A stretch of DNA of 64,000 nt from contig CAVTMK010000004.1 in the NCBI GenBank assembly GCA_963735805.1, forward strand, positions 480,001 through 544,000, read 5' to 3'. Below, in pieces: positions 63,178 through 64,000 of the stretch (position 1 is the first letter of the stretch; every line of letters starts with the position of its first letter). Source of the stretch: an uncultured Verrucomicrobiae bacterium. Lineage in GTDB: Bacteria > Verrucomicrobiota > Verrucomicrobiia > Chthoniobacterales > UBA10450. The notes under the pieces are model-generated. The model ran no database searches, was not told where the DNA came from, and saw only the letters and a program-made list of their open reading frames with translations. A program made the translations under genes and the position numbers.

Positions 63178-64000
63178 GTGAAAACACCGTCACTGCTCCA
63201 AATTGTCGAGCGACTCGAGCGTCTCGCAGGCAGGTTGCCTTCCAAAATCCAAAAGGCCGTTCTCAGCGAGCTCACGCCACTGAAGCAATTATTTCTCCAG
63301 CAACGTCCACCGCGTTTTCTTCTTGCCGGTTCAGCGAAAGTGCCGGCGAGGAAAATCATCTCCGCGCTTTTTAGCTCGGTTGAATTTGTCGAGCCGACTG
63401 CTCCTACGCCGCTTTGCCGCTGGTTCGATATCGTCTTTCCTGAACAGGGAAAGATTGCGGTCATTGATGTCAGAGGGGTTGACAATTCCACTGCCGTTCA
63501 TGTCCGGGACGAACTCAAATATCGCCCTGCCGATGTCATTTTCTTTATCCGGGATGAGGAACTGGCACCTGAGCTGGAACAGCGAGAGCTGGCTGACTTA
63601 AACAGCTATCTTAGCTGGAACGAGACATTGCAAGCGGAACGCAAAATTATCGAAATTATCGTTCCGGTTTTGGGAAAGGCTGTTGCGCGCGGTCACAACG
63701 GCGTCGACGCCATGGGCGGCGAGTATCCCGTGAGATCCGATCTCGCGAGACGCGATGTCTTTTTGGAAACGTTGAGGCTGGTTCGTTCGGATAACGATCA
63801 GGGACTTGAACTGCCCTCTGTCGAAGCGCGTCGTCTCATGTCGATCCTTGCACGAGAGCTGCCGAATGAGGCGCGAATGGAAATGATCCGGATAGCCCGG
63901 GATCGTGAGGCGCAGCGCGAAGTGGCGCAGTTGCTAATAAAATCGACGACTGCCGTCTGCACTGCCATCGGCGCACAACCGATTCCGCTCGCAGATCTGC
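63178..64000 (+). CDS. Degenerate GTPase-like/DUF697-type protein, truncated at 3' edge (not in ORF track)
   Basis: Frame open from GTG 63178 to the window end: ...QRPPRFLLAGSAKVPARKIISALF...IAVIDVRG...ELPNEARMEM...CTAIGAQPIPLADL. Confidence 0.7.
   Translation, partial: MKTPSLLQIVERLERLAGRLPSKIQKAVLSELTPLKQLFLQQRPPRFLLAGSAKVPARKIISALFSSVEFVEPTAPTPLCRWFDIVFPEQGKIAVIDVRGVDNSTAVHVRDELKYRPADVIFFIRDEELAPELEQRELADLNSYLSWNETLQAERKIIEIIVPVLGKAVARGHNGVDAMGGEYPVRSDLARRDVFLETLRLVRSDNDQGLELPSVEARRLMSILARELPNEARMEMIRIARDREAQREVAQLLIKSTTAVCTAIGAQPIPLADL

Overview
A 64-kb chromosomal, gene-dense window, about 55% GC by eye. It is most likely from a soil Verrucomicrobiota bacterium (Chthoniobacterales / 'Ca. 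Udaeobacter'-like); this is inferred from protein style, the Asn/Gly-repeat fibre protein and the repeat families, and was not tested by search. Most genes are housekeeping: parB, mqnD, sppA, thiL-tsaE-tsaB-alr, dksA-like-rpmG-rpsR, MacAB-type efflux, glgE, exbBD-TPR, scpA, rodA, folP-cdaA, rnr, cysJ-like, sufT, rplI-dnaB and tkt. I saw no rRNA, tRNA, CRISPR array, transposase or prophage. The main findings are: (1) a tight four-gene operon of three related RoxA/MauG-like di-heme c cytochromes plus a small protein (14971-20761), the best candidate for an undescribed system; (2) a possible envelope lipid/hopanoid trafficking locus with two paralogous outer-membrane barrels, an ABC-2 transporter, an SCP2 protein and an HpnL-like protein; (3) several families of small palindromic (REP-like) and 7/8-mer tandem repeats, some lying in frame inside rnr, parB, thiL and possibly mqnD; (4) a ferredoxin pseudogene missing three Cys ligands next to a CysJ-like reductase without a flavodoxin domain; (5) a +1 frameshift in kamA; and (6) genes the ORF track misses or mis-starts (rpmG, a TM-only mini-CdaR, the 3'-edge ORF). 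All assignments come from motif recognition by eye; no database searches were run.
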